A stretch of 64,000 bases of DNA from Chloroflexota bacterium (GTDB taxonomy: Bacteria > Chloroflexota > Anaerolineae > Anaerolineales > UBA4823): contig JAAYXE010000093.1 of NCBI GenBank assembly GCA_012516075.1, positions 879-64,878 on the forward strand. Direction: 5' to 3'. Below are positions 36,001 to 44,706 of the stretch, in pieces. The notes under the pieces are model-generated. The model ran no database searches and was not told where the DNA came from. It was given only the letters and a program-made list of their open reading frames with translations. Position numbers and translations under genes: made by a program. Every line of letters begins with the position of its first letter. Within the stretch, counting starts at the first letter, position 1.

Positions 36001-37482
36001 CACCCGGGTGATCCTGACGTCGCCGGAGGCGTCAAAGGCCTCATTTTGCGGGTTGAAGTCCTTCACAACCTGGTCGAACTCGACGAAGCGGCCCGGCATG
36101 ACGCGCTTGATCGCCCGGCCGAAGATATACCAGTAGTCTTTGATCAGATCGATATTGAAGGTGATCGGGCCAAAGGGCAGGAACAGCACCGGATAGAGCC
36201 TTTCCACCGTGGTATCGGTCCGGTAGCTGTGCAGCACTTCGTAGTACTGGATCGTGAGGGCGTGGCTGTGGTTGTAGTTGGTCACAACGCGGGTCTGAGC
36301 GCGCTGCCTTCCCCGCTGCTCGTCTTCGACAATCACGGTGGACATGACCGAGCGCACGTTGGAGGCGTTCTGGACGGTGGAATCCGAGATGTTCTGGACC
36401 AGTTCACCAGCGACCGTGCGTTCACCGCTGGTCTCCGACTGGAGCCGGCCCTGCACCGTCCCGTTGGAATACACCAGACTGCCGCCAATCGAATTGGCAG
36501 CCGAGGCCAGCGCGCTGCCGGCGCCCCGAACGGGCAGGCCAATTAGAGCCGTCAGATCAGCCGCGAGCGATCCACCGCCGGATGCGCCTGCTCCAGCGCC
36601 GCTCACCAGGCCTGCCCCCGTCGTACGCGTGGTGGCATCGACGTCGGTTGAGCCGTAGAGGTGTTCCCGGGCCGTGGTCTGCACGACCTCATTCAGCGCT
36701 CGCACCTGGGTAAATGTCGCCTGCAGTTCTTCGGATACCCCGGTATCCTCATCGCGAGAGCTGCGCTGCCGGCGAAACCAGTCCAGCACTGCGATCTGGC
36801 GCTGCTCTCCGGGCGCCAGCGCCAGGCTGTGGATAATCTCCCCCAGGTTGGTGCCGGCGTTGATCCATCTTTGATGGAAGGAAGCCAGGTAGCCCAGGTA
36901 AAACTTGAACTCCGAGCGGTAGAAGATGTTGATCAGCTCTTCCGCCGGGTCAGGCTCGTCTTTGTCCGAAAAATACGTCAGTTCGTAATCGCTGAGACGG
37001 TAATCCTTCTCCTTTACGTAGTTGCTGAAGCGTACCTGGGTATGGGTGCTGCCGATCAGCTTCGGGATCAACGCCGGAGGAGCGGATGGCTTCTCGTAAA
37101 ACTCCCCGCGGACTGCTTCCAGAATGATCTCCTGTGCCTCCTGATACGGTGGTAAAGCTTCAAGCTGGCTGAGCGTTTGCACGCCGAAGACAGTTTCAAG
37201 CTGGCCGGCAGCGGCTTCGTCGACACTGATCAGGTAGATGATGTCTAATTCGTCCAGCCTGTTGAGGTTATCGGGGGTCAGAGCCTCCTCTTCGATGTAG
37301 TGCTCAAGCCCAGCATTTTCCACATTACCCTGTCGGAAAGCAGCCATGGAATATTCAGCATGCCGGCAGGGCGCAAACTCCGCCATGTCTCGAATGGTGA
37401 AAATTCCAAGCTCATTAAGGGCCTGGATTTTCTCCAGCGTATTGACGGACGGTAATTGAGTGATCGAGTAATACGGTTTCAT
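33055..37482 (-). CDS. Giant orphan protein (1475 aa), function unknown
   Basis: Single uninterrupted ORF. ATG at 37482 with AGGGAG RBS. No signal peptide or TM segment seen. Two HhH-like motifs at the N-terminus and two Gly/Ala/Ser-rich low-complexity tracts. Conserved-looking core VVTNYNHSHALTIQYYEVL. The C-terminal domain carries IGGDNRGFSYNSGSHR and SRHDGFPAYELYVNG. GC is visibly lower than in neighbouring genes. Confidence 0.8.
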   Translation of the reverse strand: MKPYYSITQLPSVNTLEKIQALNELGIFTIRDMAEFAPCRHAEYSMAAFRQGNVENAGLEHYIEEEALTPDNLNRLDELDIIYLISVDEAAAGQLETVFGVQTLSQLEALPPYQEAQEIILEAVRGEFYEKPSAPPALIPKLIGSTHTQVRFSNYVKEKDYRLSDYELTYFSDKDEPDPAEELINIFYRSEFKFYLGYLASFHQRWINAGTNLGEIIHSLALAPGEQRQIAVLDWFRRQRSSRDEDTGVSEELQATFTQVRALNEVVQTTAREHLYGSTDVDATTRTTGAGLVSGAGAGASGGGSLAADLTALIGLPVRGAGSALASAANSIGGSLVYSNGTVQGRLQSETSGERTVAGELVQNISDSTVQNASNVRSVMSTVIVEDEQRGRQRAQTRVVTNYNHSHALTIQYYEVLHSYRTDTTVERLYPVLFLPFGPITFNIDLIKDYWYIFGRAIKRVMPGRFVEFDQVVKDFNPQNEAFDASGDVRITRVKITRTRSYSENVRVKLTDSNPEVTLAITGFDLDDSLNFKMSGSSTYISYDILDTAVLDKAEFGGVDSFEIDEGIRASLKSDFTSELKQTMKAYLSDENKTPKVTDTNRDDNELGLGSNREALKEDVDNNLFSILNTSASVDLRIDIEYTLEDRNANTQVVLQTINRSYTYGQLKNEVDEEISDVTAHINTQLATISDINPADVIEEIESHFNFYKYGYTKYLLANVEKEQIIDIIEHLGIFGTTETLALSALIDPNPLGLTENLLIFKLKEDPEDLQRRLGQNFFSAVRAPLFDFDNALTGNGIKQKVVRKGRNAGKYTLWGQPVLHGKGNNYSTANITLYIDEQAGGKKARAVEGTIDLIKVINGRQFTNPVAITGTAVMGDNNTLQINYTAHGAVLDGAEGTIDWTFDFPRPREDDISGLINDYVEGLRDYETEIRKRHHWRTVFLPSSGVFAEAILGLSNASEYINVRRFFNWQDSPIPNLAPQILPVNVNQDYAQPLPEGLTPTVPVSVLNQIAPTQYPMPTSLNSALEAIQNGSMFTDMSKTSQLTAILGSLAALANNTAQLSGNLAGDAAANALNAAVSLGQQVASMVGAAMSSNIADPPNTLTEQGATVEYLDEVKENTNGGTIPVTDQAGTGAMGAPVSNGNGSSPVDLDDILPGQSSIFPNLEIKLRLFIPSEVVAIPPPVVDALKGVFSVVNPAMLPFIDDMAKYSIGGDNRGFSYNSGSHRAQAIVKVAMDPARGPHPEDAIIPFPGGLLSLAEFGPTREYNSEDLDANQSPVPACSSGFQPWAYTLLPGSVPFTENTLPAVPPNIEVKFEGSTASTLTVRFRINATLPAEHWTFENFAPGIDADLKVRLENMGLSGMVRCYIDSDSRHDGFPAYELYVNGQLLYSSAPCHIYGPLGLFGPSLVNAGVLEEILASIGEDIFFIRPAYHKLEISSSIPETQLLRAPAANSGKHHRAVMRSILKPAKHRTAG

Positions 37483-37714
37483 TCGGTACTCCCTGGAAGG
37501 AACCTTCCTCTGATTTGTTCGCCCCCGCAGTGGACTGCACATCCTGATGGTGTGGTTGAAAGCCGGTCGGTCAGTGAACAGGCAGTGCCCGGGTGGATTT
37601 ACCCGGACTCATTTATCGCTGCGCTGCAAATAAACTTGATGCGTGAATTCACTGGAACTGGCGAATTAATAAGATAAATCGGACCGATTAACATGCTAAT
37701 ATTATGACAACGGA

Positions 37715-37745
37715 CTGTCACGCCGGCGTGACAGGGATGTGACAG
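37715..37745. promoter_or_regulatory. 20-bp perfect palindrome CTGTCACGCCGGCGTGACAG plus a third GTGACAG half-site at the STAND gene start
   Basis: Read directly: the palindrome spans 37715-37734 and GTGACAG recurs at 37739-37745, overlapping the GTG start. The related motifs GGACTGCAC (37530-37538) and GGACTGTCAC (37712-37721) lie in the same divergent spacer. Confidence 0.45.
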
Positions 37746-39604
37746 AGGGGTGGAAAAATTTGGACTCCGTGCGAATATTCCTGTTTGGCTCGCCTCGCAT
37801 CGAACATCAGGGCAAACCGGTCAGTGTCGAACGCCGCAAAGCGTTGTTCCTGGTGGCGTACCTGGCGATGGCGGAGCAGAGGCAGAGCCGTGAGGCGCTC
37901 ACCAGCCTCTTCTGGCCCGAACTCGACCATGTGCACGCGCGCTCTGCGCTGCGGAGTACGCTGCATTCGCTCACCAGAGCGGTCCCCCTGCCCTGGATTG
38001 ACACCGATGCGGTTTCCGTAGCGTTGAAACGGGATATGGTCTGGGTGGACGTCGACGCCTTTATCGGACTTCTGGTTCAGCGCGGCGCCCACAGCCATGC
38101 CCGCAGCACCGTGTGTGCAGAATGCGTGAAACTCAACCAGCAGGCGATTGAACTGTACCAGGCTGATTTTCTGGCCGGATATAACCCATCCTACAGCGGA
38201 GAATTCGATAACTGGCAGCGCACACAGCGGCAGTGGCTGCGCTGGGAGTTCATGGATATCCAGCGCCAGATGTCTGAATACTACGGCGGTAAGGGAGAAT
38301 ATGATCTGGCGATCCGCTATGCGCAGCAGTGGCTCTCTATGGATCCACTGGATGAGAATGCTCACCGCCAGCTCATGCGCCTGCATGCTGCCAATGGCCA
38401 GCGGACCTATGCACTGCGGCAGTTTGAGCAGTGCGTGAAAATCCTGGATGAGGAACTCGCGACCCCTCCCGATGCAGAGACCAGGCTCCTCTACGAATCC
38501 ATCCAGAACCAGCCGGGGGCTGCGAAATTCAAATTTAATACGGCCGAGCAGCCCGCTGCCGTCAGCATTCTGCCGCCTCTGCCTCCCCTGATTACAGGCC
38601 GCAATAAAGAACTGGAAGAGATCAAACGGCGCCTGGGCATTGGCTCCGTCGAGCTGCGCGCCGTCACGGTTATTCAGGGCTGGCCGGGTGTTGGAAAAAG
38701 CACGCTGCTGGCAAAGCTCGCCCACGATCCTGAGGTTGCGGGCCAGTTTCCCGATGGAATCTTCTGGGCTTCGCTGGGTGAATCCCCGGACATCTATGGT
38801 GAGATCTCCGCCTGGGCCGATGCACTCCTCCCTGGTGGTCCGGGCCGGATCCAGAACCCGGATGAACTGAGAGCCCAGCTTACGGCGGTGCTGCGCGACC
38901 GGCGTTCTCTCCTGCTGCTGGATGACGTCTGGCAGATTGAGCACGTGCAGCCGTTCCGTGTGGGCGGGCAGCACTGTGCGCTCGTCATCACCAGCCGGCT
39001 GAACGACGTCTCCATCGAACTCGCCCCCACCGCAGGCGACATCTACCGGCTGCCAGTGCTGTCCGAGGAGGCCGGGCTCGACCTGCTGGGGAAGCTCGCC
39101 CCGCAAATGCTGCAGAAAGACCCCCGGGCAGCGCGTGAACTGGTCCACGACCTGGAAGGCCTGCCCCTGGCCATCCACGTAGCCGGTCGTCTGCTGCAGA
39201 ACGAAGCGCGCCTGGGATGGGGCCTGCGGGAGCTGCTGGCGGAGCTGCGCAGCGGTGCAGCTCTGCTCAACGCGCCTGCACCCAGCGACATGCACGCTGC
39301 CCGGCAGGCTGCCTCGCCCACGGTGGCAGCGCTGTTAAGACGCAGCACCGATCTGCTGGATGAGGAAACCCGCAGGAAATTCGCCTGCCTGGGGCTGTTC
39401 GTCCCAAAACCGGCCACATTCGACCTGCAGGCAATGGCAGTAGCATGGGGGGTTGATGACCCCCGTCCTGCTGCACGCCTGCTGGTCAATCGCGGGCTGC
39501 TCGAGCCGGTAAGTGGCGGCCGTTTTCAGATGCATGCGCTGCTGGTCATGCATGCCCGCTCTCTGCTGGATCAAATGAGCGATGGCGACACTCGCACCTC
39601 CTGA
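37739..39604 (+). CDS. SARP-type winged-helix/BTAD transcriptional activator domain fused to NB-ARC (STAND) NTPase
   Basis: N-terminal OmpR/SARP-like wHTH (VRIFLFGSPRIEHQGKPV..RRKALFLVAYL). BTAD region (YQADFLAG.., DENAHRQLMRLHAANGQRTYALRQFEQC). P-loop GWPGVGKSTLLAKLA and LLLLDDVW. A TTG start near 37760 is an alternative. Confidence 0.85.
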   Translation: MTEGWKNLDSVRIFLFGSPRIEHQGKPVSVERRKALFLVAYLAMAEQRQSREALTSLFWPELDHVHARSALRSTLHSLTRAVPLPWIDTDAVSVALKRDMVWVDVDAFIGLLVQRGAHSHARSTVCAECVKLNQQAIELYQADFLAGYNPSYSGEFDNWQRTQRQWLRWEFMDIQRQMSEYYGGKGEYDLAIRYAQQWLSMDPLDENAHRQLMRLHAANGQRTYALRQFEQCVKILDEELATPPDAETRLLYESIQNQPGAAKFKFNTAEQPAAVSILPPLPPLITGRNKELEEIKRRLGIGSVELRAVTVIQGWPGVGKSTLLAKLAHDPEVAGQFPDGIFWASLGESPDIYGEISAWADALLPGGPGRIQNPDELRAQLTAVLRDRRSLLLLDDVWQIEHVQPFRVGGQHCALVITSRLNDVSIELAPTAGDIYRLPVLSEEAGLDLLGKLAPQMLQKDPRAARELVHDLEGLPLAIHVAGRLLQNEARLGWGLRELLAELRSGAALLNAPAPSDMHAARQAASPTVAALLRRSTDLLDEETRRKFACLGLFVPKPATFDLQAMAVAWGVDDPRPAARLLVNRGLLEPVSGGRFQMHALLVMHARSLLDQMSDGDTRTS

Positions 39605-41042
39605 ACAGACCTCTGTTCAAATGCAGCTGGCCCGCTATTATCTCCATAAACTGCGTGCAGCTTCCGCAGCCGTCCAGCACGGTCAGGGGAGTGCTGCCTA
39701 TGGCCTCGAGATGCTGAACCAGGAATGGGAGCAAATTGAACACTGGCAGGCATATGCAGCAGAACACAGGAGCCGCGACGCCGGGTGGGCGCGCCTCTGT
39801 ATGGAATTTCCCCTGGCTGGCGTGGAGGTTCTGGCCCTGCGCCAGAGCATAGCCGGGCGGGTGCGCTGGCTGCGTGCCGGTCTGGAAGCCGCAGAGATGC
39901 TCGCAAACGAGCGCGCTGAGCTCGCTATCCTGGATGAACTCAGCGGCGCCTACCAGCTGCTGGGGGATCTCCCTCAGGCGGAAAACTGCGCCACCCGGCT
40001 GCTGGAACGGGCCGAGGCCCTTCAGGACAAGCTGGCCATCGGACGGGCTTATTACCGCCTGGGCAGCCTGGATGAGGAACGCGGCCGTTATCCCCAGGGG
40101 CGCGAAAAAGTCCAGTATGCATTGAACATCTTTCAACAGCAGGGCGCTCAGACCGATGCCGGGCGTGCGCTGCAGCGATTGGGCGCGATTGCCCTTTACA
40201 GCTCAGAATATGAGCAGGCCTACCACCACTTTTCACGTCACCTGGAAATTATGGAAGCCGCAGGCCGTATGAGCGAGGTCTGCACCGGGCTGCTCTCGAT
40301 CGCACAGGCGCTGATGCTGCTCGATGAGATCGATCGTGCTGAGCCTTATATCCGCCGCGCGGTGCAGCTCAGCCGCCTGCTGGGATACCAGCGCCTGCTG
40401 GGCGCCGGTCTGATCATGCTGGGGCAGTGGACTGCCGAGCAGGGTCAAATGGAACAGGAACTGCAGTATTATGCCCAGGGGATCGCCGCAGCCCGCGCTG
40501 CCGGGTCACAGCGCGATGTGATCCACGGTCTCTCGAATTCCGGCCTGGCACGCATGCACAGCGGAGACCTGCAAGGCGCCCTACGGGATCTGCAGGCAGG
40601 GCTGGAACTTGCACGCCAGGCGGGTTTGCCGCGCTTCATCTGCAATCTGCAGCGCAACATCGCCGATGCCTATCTGCTCTCAGGCGAGGCGGAAAAGGCC
40701 CGCCGGCCGCTGGAGGAGGCGCTGCGCCTGGCCGGCGAACAGGGCTCCATTTACCCGGTGATCAAAGCCCTGACCAGTGCAGTTCATTATCTCGTCATCC
40801 AGGAAAGGTTCAGTGAGGCTGCTGTCTGGGCCGGCGCGCTGATCGGCCGCCATGAAGTCGACCAGCGCCTGTTTATACCACTCCTTGCCCGGCTGGAAGC
40901 CGCGCTGGGGAGGGATGTATGCTGGCAGACTTTAAACCGGGGACGCGATATCGACATCCAGGCCAGCCTGCCGCAGATTCTCGAACAGATCGGTCAGCCG
41001 CATTCGGATACCCTGAACGACACCATTCGCCAGACGAAGTAA
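39582..41042 (+). CDS. TPR-repeat protein, apparent C-terminal sensor arm of the AfsR-like STAND, encoded as a separate overlapping ORF
   Basis: It starts 23 nt before the upstream stop in a different frame. There are repeated A..YY..G...A TPR-like units (RAYYRLGSLDEERGRY.., GRALQRLGAIALYSSEYEQA..). Confidence 0.75.
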   Translation: MATLAPPEQTSVQMQLARYYLHKLRAASAAVQHGQGSAAYGLEMLNQEWEQIEHWQAYAAEHRSRDAGWARLCMEFPLAGVEVLALRQSIAGRVRWLRAGLEAAEMLANERAELAILDELSGAYQLLGDLPQAENCATRLLERAEALQDKLAIGRAYYRLGSLDEERGRYPQGREKVQYALNIFQQQGAQTDAGRALQRLGAIALYSSEYEQAYHHFSRHLEIMEAAGRMSEVCTGLLSIAQALMLLDEIDRAEPYIRRAVQLSRLLGYQRLLGAGLIMLGQWTAEQGQMEQELQYYAQGIAAARAAGSQRDVIHGLSNSGLARMHSGDLQGALRDLQAGLELARQAGLPRFICNLQRNIADAYLLSGEAEKARRPLEEALRLAGEQGSIYPVIKALTSAVHYLVIQERFSEAAVWAGALIGRHEVDQRLFIPLLARLEAALGRDVCWQTLNRGRDIDIQASLPQILEQIGQPHSDTLNDTIRQTK

Positions 41043-41092
41043 AGAAGGGTATACTGGCATCAGGGGGTAAGTGAAAACGAAAGGAATTCTTC

Positions 41093-43363
41093 ATGGATCA
41101 TTCAGAACACCGCTCCGGGCGCCCGCACCAAACGGATGAGGATCCGGATGCTGACCCGCATGGTGAAGAGCTCCAGAAACATGGAACCCATCACCAGACG
41201 CACAGGCACGATCACGCGCAGGAAGAGCGGCGTATGGAGGGGCCTCTTCTCAGCGGGGCCATGAATCGCGCTGCCCACGGGCGGGATGTGATCGAGCACG
41301 GCGCTCATATGGAGCACACAGAACACTCTCAGCACGCTGCACATGCAGCAGAGCATACCGGTCATGAAGAGCATGCCGGGCACGGTGCACATGTCGACCA
41401 TACCGGCCATGAGGAGATGTTCCGCCGGCGCTTCTGGGTATCGCTGCTGCTTGCCATCCCCGTGCTGCTCTACAGCCCTGCGGTGCAGGAACTGCTGGGT
41501 TTCACCATGTCGGCTTTCCCCGGCTCGAACCTGATCGAGCCGTTCTTCTCCGTGATCATCTTTCTGTACGGCGGCATTCCGTTCCTGCAGATGGCTGTGC
41601 CCGAGCTGCGCAGCCGCCGGCCGGGAATGATGACCCTGATTTCTCTGGCGATCACGGTGGCTTTTGTTTACAGCCTGGCCGCCCTTTTCCTTCCAGACCA
41701 GAGGGGCTTCTTCTGGGAACTGGTGACTCTGATCGTCATCATGCTCCTCGGTCACTGGCTGGAGATGCGCAGCGTACGCCAGGCATCCGGAGCGCTCACC
41801 GAGCTGGCCAGCCTCATGCCCGACACCGCTGAGCTCATCCGGGCGGACGGCAGCCTGGAGGTCGTGCCGGTGAACCGCCTGCAAAAGGGCGATGTGGTGC
41901 TGGTGCGGCCGGGGGCCAGCGTGCCAGCCGACGGCGAGGTGCTGGAAGGCTCATCGGACGTGAACGAAGCCATGATCACCGGCGAGTCACTTCCGGTGAG
42001 CAAAGACCCCGGCGATAAAGTCATCGCCGGCACCATCAATGGAGGCGGAAGCCTGCGTGTGCGGGTTACTGCCACAGGCGATGAAACGGCCCTGGCTGGC
42101 ATCATGCGCCTGGTGGATGAAGCCCAGCGCTCCAGATCGAACACCCAGGTGCTGGCCGACAAAGCTGCCGGCTGGCTGTTCTACATCGCGCTGGGAGTTG
42201 CTGTGCTTACCGCCCTTGCCTGGACGATCGCCATTGGCTTCAATGTGGAGGTCATCGCCCGTGTGGCCACTGTGCTGGTTATCGCCTGCCCGCACGCTCT
42301 GGGTCTGGCCATCCCGCTGGTCGTCGCCATCACCACTTCCCTGGGAGCGAATAACGGCATCCTGGTGCGTGACCGTTTGGCCCTTGAAGAAGCGCGTCGC
42401 ATCGACACCGTAATCTTTGACAAAACTGGCACACTGACCAGAGGCGAGTTCGGTGTGGTGGGGATCGAAACGGCAGGTGGCTGGGATGAAAACGAAGCCC
42501 TTGCCCTCGCCGCGGCCGTGGAAGGCGATTCTGAGCATACCATCGCCCGCGGTATCCGCAGTTTGGCCGCAGACCGGGAGCTTGCACTTCCCCGGGTCTC
42601 TGATTTTGAAGCCATCAAGGGGCGCGGGGTGCGGGCGGTCTGGCAGGGGCGCGAGGTCTACATAGGGGGTCCGCGCCTGCTGGAAGGCCTGAACCTGAGT
42701 CTGCCGGAGCCGCTGGCCGGTTTTAAAAACCGGGCCAGCACCCTGGGCCAGTCTGTGATTCACCTGGTGGTGGATGGCAGCCTGGCAGCCAGCTTTGCCC
42801 TGGCCGACGTGATCCGTCCCGAGAGCAAGCAAGCTGTCGAGAAGCTGCACGAGATGGGCGTGGAAGTGGCTATGCTGACCGGAGACAGCCAGGCGGTGGC
42901 GGCTGCGGTCGCCGCCGAGCTGGGCATCGACAGCTACTTCGCTGAAGTGCTGCCCGAACATAAAGACCAGAAAGTGGCCGAGCTGCAGCGCCAGGGGAAG
43001 CGAGTTGCCATGGTCGGCGACGGGGTCAACGATGCCCCTGCCCTGACCCGGGCAGATATCGGCATTGCCATCGGCAGCGGCACGGATGTGGCGGTCGAGT
43101 CCGCCGGCATCATTCTGGTGCAGAGCAACCCCCTGGATTTGGTCAGGATCATCCAGCTCAGCCGGGCCAGCTACCGCAAGATGATCCAGAACCTGGCCTG
43201 GGCAACCGGTTACAACGTGATCGCCCTACCCCTGGCGGCCGGCGTGCTGGCTCCATGGGGGATTCTGCTCTCACCCGCCGCCGGCGCGGTGCTCATGTCG
43301 CTCAGCACGATTATCGTCGCCATCAACGCCCAGTTCCTGCGCGGCGAAAGGCTGGCTGCGTAA
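41093..43363 (+). CDS. copB: Heavy-metal P1B-type ATPase, CPH-motif (CopB-like) with His-rich N-terminus
   Basis: N-terminal ~100 aa are very His-rich ([34 protein letters not shown]). TM6 CPH motif ([13 protein letters not shown]), DKTGTLT and [10 protein letters not shown]. Confidence 0.85.
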   Translation: MDHSEHRSGRPHQTDEDPDADPHGEELQKHGTHHQTHRHDHAQEERRMEGPLLSGAMNRAAHGRDVIEHGAHMEHTEHSQHAAHAAEHTGHEEHAGHGAHVDHTGHEEMFRRRFWVSLLLAIPVLLYSPAVQELLGFTMSAFPGSNLIEPFFSVIIFLYGGIPFLQMAVPELRSRRPGMMTLISLAITVAFVYSLAALFLPDQRGFFWELVTLIVIMLLGHWLEMRSVRQASGALTELASLMPDTAELIRADGSLEVVPVNRLQKGDVVLVRPGASVPADGEVLEGSSDVNEAMITGESLPVSKDPGDKVIAGTINGGGSLRVRVTATGDETALAGIMRLVDEAQRSRSNTQVLADKAAGWLFYIALGVAVLTALAWTIAIGFNVEVIARVATVLVIACPHALGLAIPLVVAITTSLGANNGILVRDRLALEEARRIDTVIFDKTGTLTRGEFGVVGIETAGGWDENEALALAAAVEGDSEHTIARGIRSLAADRELALPRVSDFEAIKGRGVRAVWQGREVYIGGPRLLEGLNLSLPEPLAGFKNRASTLGQSVIHLVVDGSLAASFALADVIRPESKQAVEKLHEMGVEVAMLTGDSQAVAAAVAAELGIDSYFAEVLPEHKDQKVAELQRQGKRVAMVGDGVNDAPALTRADIGIAIGSGTDVAVESAGIILVQSNPLDLVRIIQLSRASYRKMIQNLAWATGYNVIALPLAAGVLAPWGILLSPAAGAVLMSLSTIIVAINAQFLRGERLAA

Positions 43364-43959
43364 CTGGCAGATTTACTTTATCTGCACAGTGCAGGGGTTG
43401 TTCCACAAAAGCAGGTTATTCATTCACCCCTGTTGATTCTAGCCCGCGAAGAGGATACTGCATCGCCCGGAGCGAACGGCAGGGTTCATTCCTGGAAGGC
43501 CCAGTGTTGCGGCGAGAGCCGGTTTTCTTCTTTGGGTATTGGTCCAGAGGCTTCGTCTGCTGCTCTCCGCGAGCCGTGCCCCCCGATGCGTGGGTGCGGG
43601 CCCCCCTGTAATGAGTTTCCTGATCATCGTAAGAAAAACCTATCCATAGAAAGGGACTTTACCTCCTCCGGGTTTTCCCTTATTGCCAGAGGTCGCGTCA
43701 ATGCTAAGATTAAAGTACAGAGAAGGATACCGGTATGCGGAGCACAGGAGGGATAGCCGCGTGTACCGGTGCTGACAGCCATGGCATTCGCCATGCGTGA
43801 CCGGTTTCAGGAACGCCAGATCTGCAGAAAAGCCCTGAAACTGCCAGCTACCCCCTGAGAGCAGGCGGTGAGCACGCACACCCGCTGCACAACTGCCTGC
43901 TCTATAACGCGGGAAGGTCATGGGTTTATTCCGATTTTTAAGAACCACAGGAGAAAGCG

Positions 43960-44460
43960 ATGAGAATCTTGCGAACGATTTCGCTGTTGAGCGTGCTCGT
44001 GGTGTTACTGTCCGCCTGTGGAACGGCTGCTACACCCGAGCCTGTATCCATAACCATCGAGATGGACGAATTCACATTCACACCCGCCAGTCTGGATCTG
44101 AAGGTAGGGCAGCGGGTCACTCTGGAACTGAACAATAACGGTGCCCTCGCGCACGAGATCATGTTTGGACGACAGGTGATGAACGAAAACAACCGCCCGG
44201 CGGGATACATGGAAGATATGTTCGCTGCCGGCGGCGTGGAGCCGGAAGTCAATATTATTGAAGAGGGGGATTTGACCACGTCAACGGAGACCCATAAGGA
44301 ACATGAAGGGTTTATGGTGATCGTCGGTGCAGGCGGCCGTGCCACCATGACTTTCGACGTCACGGAAGGGATGGCTGGCGAATGGGAGATGGGCTGCTTT
44401 GAACAGGACGGCGTACACTACGACGCCGGCATGCTGGGAACGGTGACGGTCTCTCAGTAA
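43960..44460 (+). CDS. Cupredoxin-family copper-binding lipoprotein
   Basis: Lipobox LLSAC. Blue-copper-like ligand pattern: His in LAHEIMFG, then C-x7-H-x4-M (GCFEQDGVHYDAGM). AGGAGA RBS. Confidence 0.75.
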   Translation: MRILRTISLLSVLVVLLSACGTAATPEPVSITIEMDEFTFTPASLDLKVGQRVTLELNNNGALAHEIMFGRQVMNENNRPAGYMEDMFAAGGVEPEVNIIEEGDLTTSTETHKEHEGFMVIVGAGGRATMTFDVTEGMAGEWEMGCFEQDGVHYDAGMLGTVTVSQ

Positions 44461-44526
44461 TAACAGCCTGTGCTCCCCCCTCACTGGAAAGCCGTATACC
44501 GGTATTAATTCCCGCCTGAAACGGAA

Positions 44527-44565
44527 GACCCTGAGCCCGGTAAACAACCTACCGGGCTCAGGGTC
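44527..44565. terminator. Bidirectional terminator between the cupredoxin and YHS genes
   Basis: Perfect 16-bp stem GACCCTGAGCCCGGTA / TACCGGGCTCAGGGTC with a 7-nt loop. Confidence 0.8.
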
Positions 44566-44706
44566 TTTACTGGGGCTGCTTCGATTGAAATCCTGTTGGG
44601 GATGGGCGCCTTTCTATTCAGGAACGTGGCCTACCCCACAGGATGTATGACGGATACTATTCCCCTATCCCATCAATGACCCATTCCATCAAGCAGGCCA
44701 TGAAGC

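Noticed and set aside
37718-39295. 525-aa ORF on the minus strand
   Set aside because: It is antisense to the SARP-NB-ARC gene, whose wHTH, BTAD and P-loop motifs are clear. The antisense translation is low-complexity (Q/R/G/P-rich) and lacks an RBS.
41102-42961. 260-aa and 324-aa minus-strand ORFs
   Set aside because: Both are antisense to the CopB-like ATPase, which carries the CPH, DKTGT and GDGVNDAP motifs.
43433-43948. 107-aa (+) and 102-aa (-) ORFs in the copper-module spacer
   Set aside because: They overlap each other on opposite strands, lack RBSs and have implausible Cys/Arg/Gly-rich composition. I treat the region as non-coding (see findings).
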